Source: Mobula birostris
Lineage: Eukaryota
Assembly (NCBI RefSeq): GCF_030028105.1
Contig: NC_092379.1
Location: forward strand, 26,343,821 to 26,407,820
Length of the DNA stretch: 64,000 bases
Reading direction: 5' to 3'
This document shows positions 49,994-63,069 of this stretch, one piece after another (position 1 is the stretch's first letter; every line of letters begins with the position of its first letter). A program made the translations under genes and the position numbers. Below the pieces are notes generated by a model. That model did no database searches, was not told the DNA's origin, and saw only the letters and a program-made list of their open reading frames with translations.

Positions 49994-50290
49994 CATAGGC
50001 TTATATATAACATTTTGGACCAGTGGAAATGGTCCAGAAGGGTTATATGGAAACTATTATTACCATTTTTCTTAACAACTAATTCCATTACTTAGCCTAA
50101 TAGGTTAGATTTACCACGGTACATAATTATCTATTTAAATGTTTATTTTCCTTTTATATCATCTCAATCTTAAGAATATATAAATAATTGTAGTTTTATA
50201 CATATAAAAATGGAAAAGGTTATATGTGTGAAAAAAGTACATGATATTTGTGAATTCCTTATCCAAATAAAAATAAAATTAAAAAAAAAA
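49994..50290 (+). mobile_element. Short 5'-truncated poly(A)-tailed retroposon (L1/Tx1-like 3' end) with target-site duplication
   Basis: AATAAA followed by a poly(A) run at ~50280-50290; flanked by the direct repeat aataacgatgaga (49981-49993 and 50289-50301). Confidence 0.7.
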
Positions 50291-53200
50291 TAACGATGAG
50301 AAATCCAACATAGATTTTTTAAGCAAATCATGACCATGAATCAGTGATTTCGCGGCGGATATGACGAATATAATTTCTTCGGGCTTCCAAACCGTTATAG
50401 GCATAGATTTTGCCCAGCGTTCGACGCCAAACACTTCCATTTTCATCGGGGATTATGCCTTGGCAAGTCTAATCCGGAGGTATATATTCCTCTGTCGTCC
50501 GTCCGTCCTAGTTGGTTAGCCCTTGTGCAATTAGAATATCGGTGTCCACCATGTTTATAATCTCGTTCCATTTCTTAGTTTATGCAAGACATTTGTCTTT
50601 AACAAAAATCAATTTTCTCTAGCTTTATTTCAATGGCTTCCTTCTACCGGCTGCACTTAATGCCCCTGGCGCAGCAGATTAATTTTGTGTCTACGAAATT
50701 AATGCTGTGGCCATTCTGAGTGCAATGTTCTGCTACCGCTGATTTCTCCCGGAAATCTGAACGGATGCAGCACGCTGTGGATGTCTACCTCACTTTCTTA
50801 TGCATTTCAGAAATTGTGAACTTGCACGATATTGACTTTGCTAAATGTTTAGATTGAAATTTGCCCATTTAAAGAACTACTAACTTTGAAATTATTGTAT
50901 TAATCATAACCACGCACGGCCATTGTACTCTGGTATAGTTTCAAGATGTTTCTCACACTGTCAATACAATGCCCGATTCTATTTAATGATCTGCATACCA
51001 TCTCCTTATTACTGTAACAACTCTGAAGCTTGTTTCTGGGTCTATTTTCAGACACTGTGTTCTTCCGTTCAGCAATTCAGATCCAGTAGCAGAGTGAGGT
51101 ATTGAAACCCAGATTGTAAGCTTGCTCATTTGAGCTGGGGTGATAATTGAGTTGAGGACTTAGAAGAAATGAATGACAAAAATGCTGTTGTGAATATGAA
51201 TTTAAATTAAAAAAATATTAAGCCCCCACATAGCCGAGGAAACGTTGACATGACTGGCCGGGCGTTTCCATCATATCTATTTACGATAGCGATGTGTGAC
51301 ATTCGTGAACAAGTCAAGATATATCTTTCATGCAAAGCTGCAAACTATAGAGACATTTCACCATGTTGCACTTAAATGATACGTCTTTTGATGTTTCGTA
51401 TAATTAAACATTGCGCTCGGAAATTCAGGTCGTCCGAGAAGAAACATAAACACTTGCTGGAGTTATTGTATTTCTGGCTTAGAATTATGATTCTTTTCAA
51501 ATATAATGTAACGCAAGTTCAAGGAATGGACGTTTTAATGTCGTACGGCACCTTTAAAGTCAATGATTTGAAGTGAAAGAAAAAATGCAGGCAGGAATCA
51601 GCAACTCATGTTGATAGATTGGAAGAGGATTCCAAATTCATGACACTGTTTAAGATGATCATAGTCTCAGGATGAGGGTGCCCTTTAGAGCGTTAAACCT
51701 GGACTACAAACATCTTGCGGTCTTCCCTCCCTGCAAACTAACATCCATATTTTGTCTCCTGATTTCTCAGCAAGAGAGCTCGAACTGAAACTTTGAACAG
51801 GTGTCCTCTTCTGAACGTTGGGGCCTGACCTAATCATGCTGGAAAATATTCTGCGTTTCATCTAGTTGTTTTTTTTTTTTTTTGGCCGGTATAAATGTTC
51901 TGTTTTGTTTGTTGCTACATTTGCGGAATTGTAATGATTAACATTACTGCATAATAAAAATTCTGCCGTCCATGCGGTGGGCAATTTGGGGTTTGCATGA
52001 AAGATAATTAATCATCCCAGCAGCTGACAGAACTGGTACTTAACGTGCACAGAACTGGTAGTTAACTTGCAGTGATCTGTTACAGAATCCCTCTACTTTG
52101 GCACATGTCTTGGTACTTCTGTCAAACATAGAACAGTACAATCAGGATTTTGCCAAAAATCTGATGGAAACGTTTCAATGTAAATGTAGTCGTCTGCTGA
52201 TGTTAAATCAATTAAATATGTTTTTCGATATTTCGTCAGTGGGAGAGTGGGAATGGACATTTCTTCTTTAGACGCGTTTATGTCCGGAAGTTCTCGTTTC
52301 TTCTTGCGGCAGAGTCGCTATCTCATACGCACATTTCTCTGGATGTACTCTGCTTCCCTGTACATTATTGTTCTCCGACATGAAAAAGCAGTTTGGAGGT
52401 AGATGTCAGCATTTGCCGATCGTTAGTTGTGTGCCTATCGCAAATTATAAATATGTGAAGTAAAGTTTAATTGGTCCCAGATACTAGTTAACCGCCCTTC
52501 ACCAGAAGTAAGTAGGTACTGCAGAAACGCCTGGCATTAACAGTCTCCTTGTGTAGTTCTCCTCTTTTCCAGGTTTAATTGAAAACTAAATTGGAGACAC
52601 ATCTCTCAATTCCCTGTTATTTCCTGCGCTTGCTTATTGTTTTTTTTTTCTTTTCTTCAGCATGTTCTCAATTGCTTCAGTGGAAAATGACGTAAAGGAA
52701 AAATAACAGTAGTATTAAACAATTACTTCAAAGAAGGCTGTAAACAATTACCTTACTTCGCTCTAATGACCCGGAGCCGCTTGCTTTTTATTTTCAGAGA
52801 GATAAAGCTCCTCACCACAGATATCATTCTATTCACTGCACTTTTGAGCTCACGGATCGGTACAATGAACAGCAATCATTCTGTCTATGGCCCACCAAAA
52901 CGTTCATGATGTTCTGCAGTGAGTACACATATTTCTCCCACGCCCTTGCATTAAAAAGCAAAGATTGTATGGAATTATGCAATTGGTTAAACTATAATCT
53001 TCATAATTGCATCTGACTCCTTATGGATAGAAACTACATTTCAACAATGACCACATCGTGAAAGGTTTTCACCAACGCAGTAGATTGCGCCTGTAAGGTC
53101 ACTGCAACAGGTTGCTGTCAGTCGATTATATTGTCTTCTGACCAATCCGGATTTATGATATGATGTGGTGGTTGTTTGAAACTGTACGTAGAAAAGTGCA

Positions 53201-54201
53201 TTAAATAGACATAGAGCAAATGTTTCTTCAAATTCTATTCCTTTTGCAAGAGATAATTCTGGATATCAATACATGCAGTGATATGCAAACGTATGAAGAC
53301 CGTGGTCAAAATTTCTGTTACTGTGAACAGTTAAGTGAGTAGAAGATTATCTGATCTGCAAAAGTCATAAAGGTAAAGCTGAATTATTATTTTCAACATT
53401 TTCACATATTAGTGTATTATTTTCGTTTTGTACAATTTCGGAGTGGAAAAAAAAGGAAAGGAGCACCATGCAAAAGTTTGGGCACCCCAAGAGTATTGAG
53501 TTCTCAGGTAACTTTACTCAGCTTTAAGACCTTAATTAGTTTATTAGGGCTACGGCCTGTTCACAATATTCGTTTGGAAAGACAAGGTTATGAAAGTTTC
53601 AAAGCTTTAATACCCTGACTCCTCAAACCGTGCCCCAACAATCAGCAGCCATGCGCTCCTCAAAGCAGCAGCCTTACACTCCGAAAATTAAAATAATCGA
53701 TATCCACAAAGCAGGAGAAGACTACAACAAGGTATCAGAGCGCTTTCAGTTAGCCGTTACCTCAGTACGTCATGGAATTAAGAAATAGCAGTTCACTGGT
53801 ACGGTGGAGGTCAATTCGAGGTCTGGAAGACCAGAAAAAAGATTTGGAGAGAACTGCTCGTAGGATTGCCAGAAAGGACAATCTACACCCCCATGTGACT
53901 GCAAAAGACCTGCAGGAAGAATTAGGCGACTCTGGAGTAGTGGTGCATTGCTCTACTGTGCAGCGGCAGCTGCAAAAAAATGACCTTCATGGAAGAGTCA
54001 TCAGAAGAATATCTTTCCTGCGTCTTCACCACATTATTCAGTGTCCAGAGTTTGCAAAGGAAGATGTAAACAAGCCTGGTGCATTTTGGAAACAGGCCTT
54101 GTGGACTGATGATGTTAAAATAGACCTTTCTGTTCGCAATGAGCAAAGGTAAGTTTGGAAATAAAAAGGTACAGAATTTCATGAAAAGTACTCCTCCCCA
54201 A

Positions 54202-56763
54202 TAGTCAACGAAACTTGGAAGAGTAAATCTGCAGAGAGATAGCAGGCAACTGCAGGAAACATAAAGTTGTGGTGGGAGGGGATTTTAATTTTCCATACAT
54301 TGATTGGGACTCCCATACTGTTAGGTGTGTAGATGGTTTAAAGTTTGTAAAATGCATTCAGGAAAGTTTTCTAAATCAATATATAGACGGACCAACTAGA
54401 GGGGATGCAATATTGGATCTCCTGTTAGGTAAAGAATTAGGGCAACTGACGGAAGTCTGTGTAGGGGAGCACTTTGGTTCCAGTGATCAGAACACCATTA
54501 GTTTCAATTTGATCATGGACAAGGATAGATCTAGTCCTAGGGTTGAAGTTCTGAACTGGAAGAAGGCCAAATTTGAAGAAATGAGAAAGGATCTAAAAAG
54601 CGTGGTTGGGACAGGGTGTTCTCTGGCAAAGGTGTGATTGGTAGGTGGGAAGCCTTCAAAGGGGAAATTTTGAGAGTGCAGAGTTTGTATTTTCCTGTCA
54701 GGATTAAAGGCAAATTGAATAGGAATAAGGAACCTTGGTTCTCAAGGGATATTGTAACTTTTATAAAGAAGAAGAAAGAGGGAGTTGTATGAAATTTATA
54801 GGAAACAGGGGGTAAATCAGGTGCTTGAGGAGTATAAGAAGTGCAAGAAAATACTTAAGAAAGAAATCAGGAAGGCTAAAAGAAGACATGAGGTTGCCTT
54901 GGCAGTCAAAGTGAAGGATAATCCAAAGAGCTTTTACAAGTATATTAAGAGCAAAAAGATTGTAAGGGATAAAATTGGTCCTCTTGAAGATCAGAGTGGT
55001 CGGCTTTGTGCGGAACCAAAGGAAATGGAGGAGATCTTGCATAGTTTTTTTTTTTTTTTTTTGCGTTTGTATTTACTAAGGAAGCTGGCATGAAATCTAT
55101 GGAATTGAGGGAATCAAGTAGTGAGACCATGTAAACTGTACAGATTAAAACGGAGGAGGTGCTTGCTGTCTTCAGGAAAATGAAAGTAGATAAATCCCTG
55201 GGACCTGACAGAGTATTCCCTCGGACCTTGAAGGAGACTAGTGTTGAAATTGCGGGAGCCCTGGCACAAATATTTAAAATGTCGCTGTCTACGGGTGAAG
55301 TGCCGGAGGATTGGAGAGTGGTTCATGTTGTTCCGTTGTTTAAAAAAGGATCGAAAAATAATCCGGGAAATTATAGGCCGTGAATTTAACGTCAGTAGTA
55401 GGTAAATTATTGGAGAGAGTACTAAGAGACAGAATCTAGAAGCATTTGGATAGACAGGGGCTTATTAGGGAGAGTCAACATGGCTTTGTGCGTGGTAGGT
55501 CATGTTTGACCAATCTGTTGGAGTTTTTTGAGGAGGTTACCAGGAAAGTGGATGAAGGGAAGGCAGTGGATATTGTCTACATGGACTTCAGTAAGGCCCT
55601 TGACAAGGTCCCGCATGGGAGGTTAGTTAGGAAAATTCAGTCGCTAGGTATACATGGAGAGGTGGTAAATTGGATTAGATATTGGCTTGTTGGAAGAAGC
55701 CAGAGAGTGGTGGTAGAGAATTGCTTCTCTGAGTGGAGGCCTGTGACTAGTGGTGTGCCACAGGGATCAGTGCTGGGTCCATTGTTATTTGTCATCTATA
55801 TCAATGATCTGGATGATAATGTGGTAAATTGGATCAGCAAGTTGCTGATGATACAAAGATTGGAGATGTAGTCGACAGTGAGGAAGGTTTTCAGAGCCTG
55901 CAGAGGGACTTGGACCAGCTGGAAAAATAGGCTGAAAAATGGCAGGTGGAGCTTAATACTGACAAGTGTGAGGTATTGCACGTTGGAAGGACAAACCAAA
56001 GTAGAACATACAGGGTTAATGGTAAGACACTGAAGAGTGCAGTGGAACAGAGGGACCTGGGAATACAGATACAAAATTCCCTAAAAGTGGCGTCACAGAT
56101 AGATAGGGTCGTAAAGAGAGCTTTGGGTACATTGGCCTTTACTAATTGAAGTATTGAGTATAAGAGCAGGAATGTTATGATGAGGTTGTATAAGGCATTT
56201 CTGAGGCCGAATCTGGAGTATTATGTTCAGTTTTGGTCTCCAAATTACAGGAAGGACATAAATAAGGTTGAACGAGTGCAGAGAAGGTTTGCAAATATGT
56301 TGCCGGGACTTGAGAAACTCAGTTACAAAGAAAGGTTGAATAGGTTAGGACTTTATTCCCTGGAGCGTAGAAGAATGAGGGGAGTTTTGATAGAGGTATA
56401 TAAAATTATGATGGGTATAGATAGAGTGAATGCAAGCAGGCTTTTTCCACTGAGGCAAGGGGAGAAAAAAAAAACAGAGGACATGGGTTAAGGGTGAGGG
56501 GGGGGAGTTTAAAGGGAACATTAGGAGGGGGCTTCTTCTCACAGAGAGTAGTGGGAGTATGGAATGAGCTGCCAGACGAGGTGGTAAATGCGGGTTCTTT
56601 TGTAACATTTAAGAATAAATTGGACAGATACATGGATGGGAGGCGTATGGAGGGATATGGTCCGTGTGCAGGTCAGTGGGACTAGGCAGAAAATGGTTCG
56701 GCACAGCCAAGAAGGGCCAAAAGACCTGTTTCTGTGCTGTAGTTTCTATGGTTTCTATGGTTT
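54202..56763 (+). mobile_element. 5'-truncated CR1 (APE to RT, 3' tail) inside Tc1
   Basis: ORFs 54269-54637 (GDFNFPYIDW), 55159-55383, 55446-55871 ([17 protein letters not shown]), 56177-56491; (gtttctatg)n tail; CCAA at both junctions. Confidence 0.9.
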
Positions 56764-57049
56764 CCAACTGTTAAGCCTGGCGGTGGATTGATCATGTTTT
56801 GCACTTGTGTTGCAGCCAGCAGCACGGCGATCATTTTACTGGTAGAGGGAAGAATGAATTCAATTAAATACCAGCAAATTCTGGAAGCAAATATCACACC
56901 GTCTGTAAAAAAGCTTAAGATGACAAGAGCATGGCTTCTACAATAGGATAATGATTCCAAAAACATCTCAATATCCCCTAAGGACTATCTCAAGAGGCGC
57001 AAGTTGAAAGTTTTGAAATGCCCCTTACAGTCCCCTGATCTAAAAGTCA

Positions 57050-60000
57050 ATAAACAATAGACAATAGGTGCAAAAGTAGACCATCCGGCCCTTCGAGACT
57101 GCTCCGACATTCTGAGTTCATGGCTGATCATCTACTATCAACACCCGGTTCCTGCCCTGTCCCCATAACCCTTGATTCCCTTATCAATAAGATACCTATC
57201 CAGCTCTTTCTTGAAAGCATCCACTGGCCTCCACTGCCTTCTGAGGCAGCGCATTCCACACCTCCACAACTCCCTGGGAGAAGAAGTTCCTCCTCAACTC
57301 TGTCCTAAATGACCTACCCCTTATTCTTAAACCATGCCCTCTGGTACTGGACTCTCCCAGCATCTGGAACATATTTCCTGCCTCTATCTTGTCCAATCCC
57401 TTAATAATCGTATATGTCTCAATCAGATACCCCCTAAATCTCCTTAATTCCAGTGTCTACAATGCCAGTCTCTCTAACCTATCTGCCTAAGACAGTCTGG
57501 ACATCCCAAGAATTAACCTAGTGAACCTACTCTACACCTCCGCAACAGTCAGGATGTCCTTCAATAACCCTGGAGACCAAAACCTAACACAATATTCCAG
57601 GTGTTGTCTCACCAGGGCCCTGTACAAATGCAAAAGGATTTCCTTGCTCTTGTACTCAATTCCCTTTGTAATAAAGGCCAACATTCCATTAACCTTCTTC
57701 ACCGCCTGCTGCACTTGCTCAGTCACCTTCAGAGACTGAGGAACACGTAGTGCTAGATCTCTTTGTATTTCTCCTTTACCTAACTCCACACCGTTCAGAC
57801 AATAAACTGCCTTCCTGTTCTTGCTCCCAAAGTGAATAACCTACACTTATTCACATTTAACGCCATCTGCCAAGTTTCTGCCCACTCACCCAGCCTATTC
57901 AAGTCACCTTGAATTCTCCTAACATCCTCATCACATGTCACACTGCCACCCAGCTTAGTATCATCAGCAAACTTGCTGATGTTATTCACAATGCCTTCCT
58001 CTAAATCATTGACGTAAATCATAAACAGCTGTGGTCCCAATACCGTGTCCTGTGGCACCCCACTAGTCCCCACCTGCCATTCCGAGAAACACCCATTCAC
58101 TGCTACCCTTTGCTTTCCATCTGCCATCCAGTTTTCTATCCATGTCAATATCCTCCCACAATGTCATGAGCTCTGATTTTACCCACCAATCTCCTATGTG
58201 GTACCTTATCAAATGCCTTCTGAAAGTCAAGGGCACCACATCCACTGGATCTCCCGCGTCTATCTTCTTGGTTACATTCTCGAAAAACTCCAATAGATTA
58301 GTCAAGCAGAATTGTCCTTGGTAAATCCATGCTGGCTCGGCCCAATCCTAACACAGCTATCAAGATATGCCGCTATTTCATCGTTAATAATGGACTCTAG
58401 CATCTTCCCCACTACTGATCTTAGGCTAACAGGCCGATAGTTCTCTGTTTTTCCTCTCCCTCCTTTCTTAAAAAAAAAAAAGTTGGATAACATTAGCCAT
58501 TCGCCAATCCTCAGGAACTGATCCTGAATCTAAGGAACATTGGAAAATGATCACCAATGCATCCGTAATTTCCAGAGCCACCTCCCTTATTACCCTTGGT
58601 TACAGACCATCCGGACCTGGGGATTTGTTAGCCTTCAGTCCCATCAGCCTACTCATCTCCGTTTACTTTCTCATGTCAATCTGTTTCAGTTCCTCTGTTA
58701 CCCTATGCCCTTGGCCCATTCATACATTTGGGAGATTACTTGTGTCTTCCCAAGTGAAAACAGATCCAAAGTACTTATTAAATTCGTCTGCCATTTCCTT
58801 GTTTACAATATCAATTTCTCCCAATTCATTCTTCAAGGGCCCGATATTGTTCTTAACTATCTTCCTTCTTTCACATACCTAAAAAAAATATTGTTATCCT
58901 CCTTTATATTCCTAGCTGGCTTGGGTTCATACCTCATTTTTGTCCCCGTATTGCCTGTTTAGTTAAGTTCTGTTGCTCCTTAATTTTTTTCCCAATCATC
59001 CGTCTTCCCTCTCACCTTAGCTCTGTTATACTTATTTTTTAATGCTATGCTATCTCTGACTTTCTTTGTAACCACTGTGGCCATTTTCCCCCTTTGAATC
59101 CTTCCTTTTCCGGGGGAAGAACTGATTTTGCACCTTGTGCATTATTCCCAAGACTACCTGTCATTGTTGTTCCACTGTCTTTTCTGCTAGGATATCCGAC
59201 CAGTCAACTTTGGCCAGCTTCTCCCTCATGGCTCCATAGGCTACTTTGTTCAACTGCAATACTGACACTTCTGATCTGCCCTTATCCCTCTCAACTTGCA
59301 GATAAAAAATTATCATATTATGTTCACTACCTCCCAATGGCTGCTCTATTTCAAGATCACTTATCAAATCTTGCTCATTGCACAACACTAAATCCAGAAT
59401 AGCCTTATCCCTGGTAGGTTCTCGTAGAAGCTGATCCAAAAATGCATCCCGTAGGCAATCTACAAACTCCCTATCCTGGCTTGCAGTACCAACCTGATTT
59501 TCCCAGTTCACCTGCATGTTGAAATCCCCCATAACTACTGCGACATTTTCTTTGCCACATGTCATTGTTAACTTCCTTTTTAACTTGCACCCAATATCTA
59601 TGCCACTGTTTGAGGGGCTGTAGATAACACCTATTAGGGTCTTTTTGCCCTTACTGTTCCTCAGTTCTATCCACACTGACTCTACTTTTCCTGATTCTAT
59701 GCCCCCCTTGCAAAGGATTAAATCACATTCCTCACCAACAGGGCCACCCCACCCCCTCTGCCCACCTTTCTGTCCCTTCGATCACACGTATACCCTTGTA
59801 CATTCAATTCCCAGATCTGATCCCCCTGCAGCCATGTCCCCGTTATCCCAAAAACATCATAGTTATCCATTCGCACCTGAGCTTCAAGCTCATCCGCCTT
59901 ATTTCCGACACTTCATGCATTCAGGTATAGAATTGTTAACCCATTTCTCCTCTCCCTGTTTAGAGCGCTGCCTATTATGAATAACCCAGCTCTCCGAACT

Positions 60001-61567
60001 CTTACCGAGCTATACGCCCCTTGAATTTTTTTGTCCTTCTTAAATTTACTTACTCTTTCTGCACATTTAACTCCATGCTCCATCAGACCATCCGTCTGCA
60101 CATATATCCTCCTTATCACTCGTTCCGCCTTATATTTCTCTACTTCACACTTAATATTCCGGAACCGTGTTGTCCCCACCTGTCCTTTATACTTCATCTC
60201 GCTATCCTGTCTAACATTCTGGATCCCTGCCCCCTGCAAATTTAGTTTAACCCGCCCCTCTCCCCCACAAGCAGCACTAGCAAACTATCCTGCAAGAATG
60301 TTATTTCCCTTCCAGTTCAGGTGTAGACGGTCCCGTCGGAACAGATCCCACCCTCCCTGGAACAAACCCCAATTATCTAAAAACCTGAAGCGCTCTCTCC
60401 TGCACCATCCCTTCAGCCAGGTATTGAACTGTATAATCATTCTGTTCCTCGCCTCACTCGCACGTGGCACAGGTAGCAATCCTGAGATTGTTACCCTGGA
60501 GGTCCTGCCCCTTAGCATCGCACTTAACTCCCTGAACTCAGTACCCATGACCCCCTCACTCTTCCTACCCACGTCTTTGGTCCCTATATGGACCACAACA
60601 TCTGGATTCTTGCCCTCCCTCTCGAGAATGACCTGCACCCGATCTGAGATGTCCCGGACCTCGGCACCAGGGAGGCAACATACCATCCGAGACTCCCGAT
60701 CTCCCCCACAAAATTTCCTATCTGACCCCCTGAATATAGAATCCCCTATCACTACCGCTGTCCTCTCTTCCCTCCTCTCCTCTGAGTCCAGGGTCCAAAC
60801 TCAGTGCCAGAGACAGGACCACTGCAACTTGTTCCTGTTAGTTCTTCCCCACCAACAGTATCCAGAACGGTATACTTATTGTTGATGGGAATGGCCAAAG
60901 GGGTGCTCTGCTCTCTCTGCCTGCTCCCCCTCCATGTCCTGACAGTCACCCAGTTGCCTACCTCCCGTGTTTTCGGTGTGACTACCTCCCGATAACTATT
61001 TCCTATCTCTGTCTCTGCCTCCCGAATGATCCGTAGGTCATCCAGCTCCAGCTCCAATTCCGTAAATCGCTCTGATTGGAGCTGCAGCTGGATGCACCTT
61101 CTGCAGGTGTCGTCATCAGGGACAACTGCGTTGACCCTGACCTCCCACATACTGCATACGGAGCACAGCACTGCTCTAACTATCTCCCCCATTACCTGAT
61201 CCCAGATTAATCAGAATAAATGAAACAGTACCTACCGACCTTACCTTTTTTTTTTTTTTTCCCTCAGCGAGCACGTACTCAGGCTCACTGATTACCTCTC
61301 ACCGAAGAGCCCCTTACGCCGAAGCCCACTGAGCCAAAGCCCAGCACTCTGCTCCCACGCACTCCGCTGCCCGCACCTGAAAGTGGGCCGCTTTTTAAAC
61401 TCCGTGCTCGCCGCTGACGTCACTCGCGCCTGCGCAGTTTTACCTTCCTCCTGAGGTAATGCCTAGGCAGTCCCGATCTTCCTCAGCCTACCTACAACTG
61501 CTGATCCTCCGATCATCCGATCTCCAGTCGTCCGTCGACTTCGAGCACTCCTTGCTCCCGCATCGAT
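57050..61567 (-). mobile_element. Essentially full-length but disabled CR1 LINE inside Tc1 (5' UTR, ORF1 ZnF/coiled-coil + SGNH esterase, APE-RT ORF2, tail)
   Basis: ORF1 60752-61192 (CSVCSMW...CRRC, ELELELDDL) and 60285-60752 (IGDSIFRG, VVVHIGT, LHLN); ORF2 pieces 59161-59676, 58063-58305, 57795-58148 (FADDTK); (caataga)n tail at 57050; GTCA at both junctions. Confidence 0.9.
61392..61436 (-). promoter_or_regulatory. Putative internal Pol II promoter motifs in the CR1 5' region
   Basis: Perfect CRE TGACGTCA (61415-61422) next to the NRF1-like GCGCCTGCGCA (61426-61436) and a TTTAAAA box, upstream of ORF1. Confidence 0.45.
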
Positions 61568-61885
61568 GTCATCAAAAACCTGTGGATAGACCTCAAAAGG
61601 TGAGTGCATGCGGCACAACCCAAGAATCTTACAGAACTAGAAGCCTTTTGCAAAGAAGAGTATGCAAAAATCCCCCAAACAAGAATTGAAAGACTTAGCT
61701 GGCTACAAAACGCGTTCACAAGTGTGATACTTGCCAAAGGAATGTGTTACTAAGGACTGATCATAAAGGGTGCCTGAGCTTTTGCTTCGGGCCCTTTTCC
61801 TTTTTTTTTTTTGTTTTTTTTGAAACTGTGAAAGATGGAAAAAAATAAAAAGTAAAACTAATCTTGCTTAAAGTATTAAAGACAT

Positions 61886-63069
61886 TGTCATGGTCTGGTC
61901 TGTGAAGTCCGCAATCCGGTACACGTTCCGGTCTGTGGGCACAGGACTCCGGGTCTTCCAGCAGTCCCTGGTTTTGGTTTAGTTAATCATAGACACCTGA
62001 TTCCCTTCTTTGGGCTTGGAATATAAGTAACCTTGAGGTTGTGTGTGGGCTGCTGGTTTGTCTCGTCAGTGCTCCTTGGAGCAACCTTCTGACGGAAGGC
62101 TAATGAAACCATCCGTGATCTCTAGGCCTGGTTGGAGGACCACCGCTTCATGGAGCCTTATTGCCACTCGTCGGAGCAGTCATCCTGGAATGGATTTGGC
62201 CGTTTTTGTAGCCAGCCAAGGTTGCTGGCTGCCAGGTGAATCAGAGCTACCCCGGACTGAACTATTTTCCTGTTCTTGCCTCCGTTGGGTAAGCAGGGCG
62301 TTTGCCGTTACCCTACGATTGGGTCCGCCCCTCCCTGTCCCTGTCTCCATGGGTTGAAGTTTCGCGTCCAGCTCAGGAGTTCCGCATCCTGCCTAGGAGT
62401 TCAGCTTCCTGCCCAGGAAAAGCTCCAAGAACCCAGGCCTCGAGGATCGCAAGCCAAGCTCCAAGAACCAAAGCCTCGAAGATCCCAAGCCGACCTCCAA
62501 GAACACTAGCCCCGATGATCCTAAGCTAAACTCCAAGAACACTGGCCTCGAGGATCCTAAGCCAAACTCCAAGAACACTAGCCAGGAGTCCTTAGCCTCC
62601 ATGCTCAAGACCCAAGGCCACAGCCTGCAGGCAAGCTCAAGACCCAAGAACCCAGCCTGCAGCCAAGCCCAAGGCACAAGGCCTCAGCCTGCAGAAAAGC
62701 TCAAAACCAAAGGCCTCAGCCTGCAGCCAAGGTCAAGACCCAAGGTCCCAGCCAGCAGTCAAGTTCAAGACACAAGGCCCCAGCCACCTCCTGTCCTGAA
62801 GCAATGTCATGCCCTTGCCTGGTTCTGGAGTCGGAGCACGAGACAAGACCCAGCTTCTGGGTCCTTGTCCAGTCTCAGGCTCGGAGTCGAAGCCTTGTCT
62901 CCTAGTCCATGGTTACTAGTCCTGGTCCCGCTTTCCCTACCCCAAGTCGGTATTCTTGTCCCTGCTCCTGGTCTGAATCCTGTCACGTTCCTACCCCAGT
63001 CAGGTCCTGTTCCATGTACTTCAATGTCTGTGTCGTGCATTTGGGTCCGCTACAACGCCCCTTGTGACA
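61886..63069. mobile_element. Solo-LTR-like element with 5-bp target-site duplication inside Tc1
   Basis: Starts TGTCA, ends TGACA; GACAT on both flanks (61881-61885, 63070-63074); no pol-like coding sequence. Confidence 0.85.
62423..62590 (+). repeat. 36-bp minisatellite (about 5 units) inside the solo LTR
   Basis: ctccaagaac recurs at 62423, 62459, 62495, 62531 and 62567. Confidence 0.9.

Noticed and set aside
62423-62590. Regularly spaced 36-bp repeats as a CRISPR array
   Set aside because: Head-to-tail tandem units with no unique spacers, no cas genes, vertebrate context.
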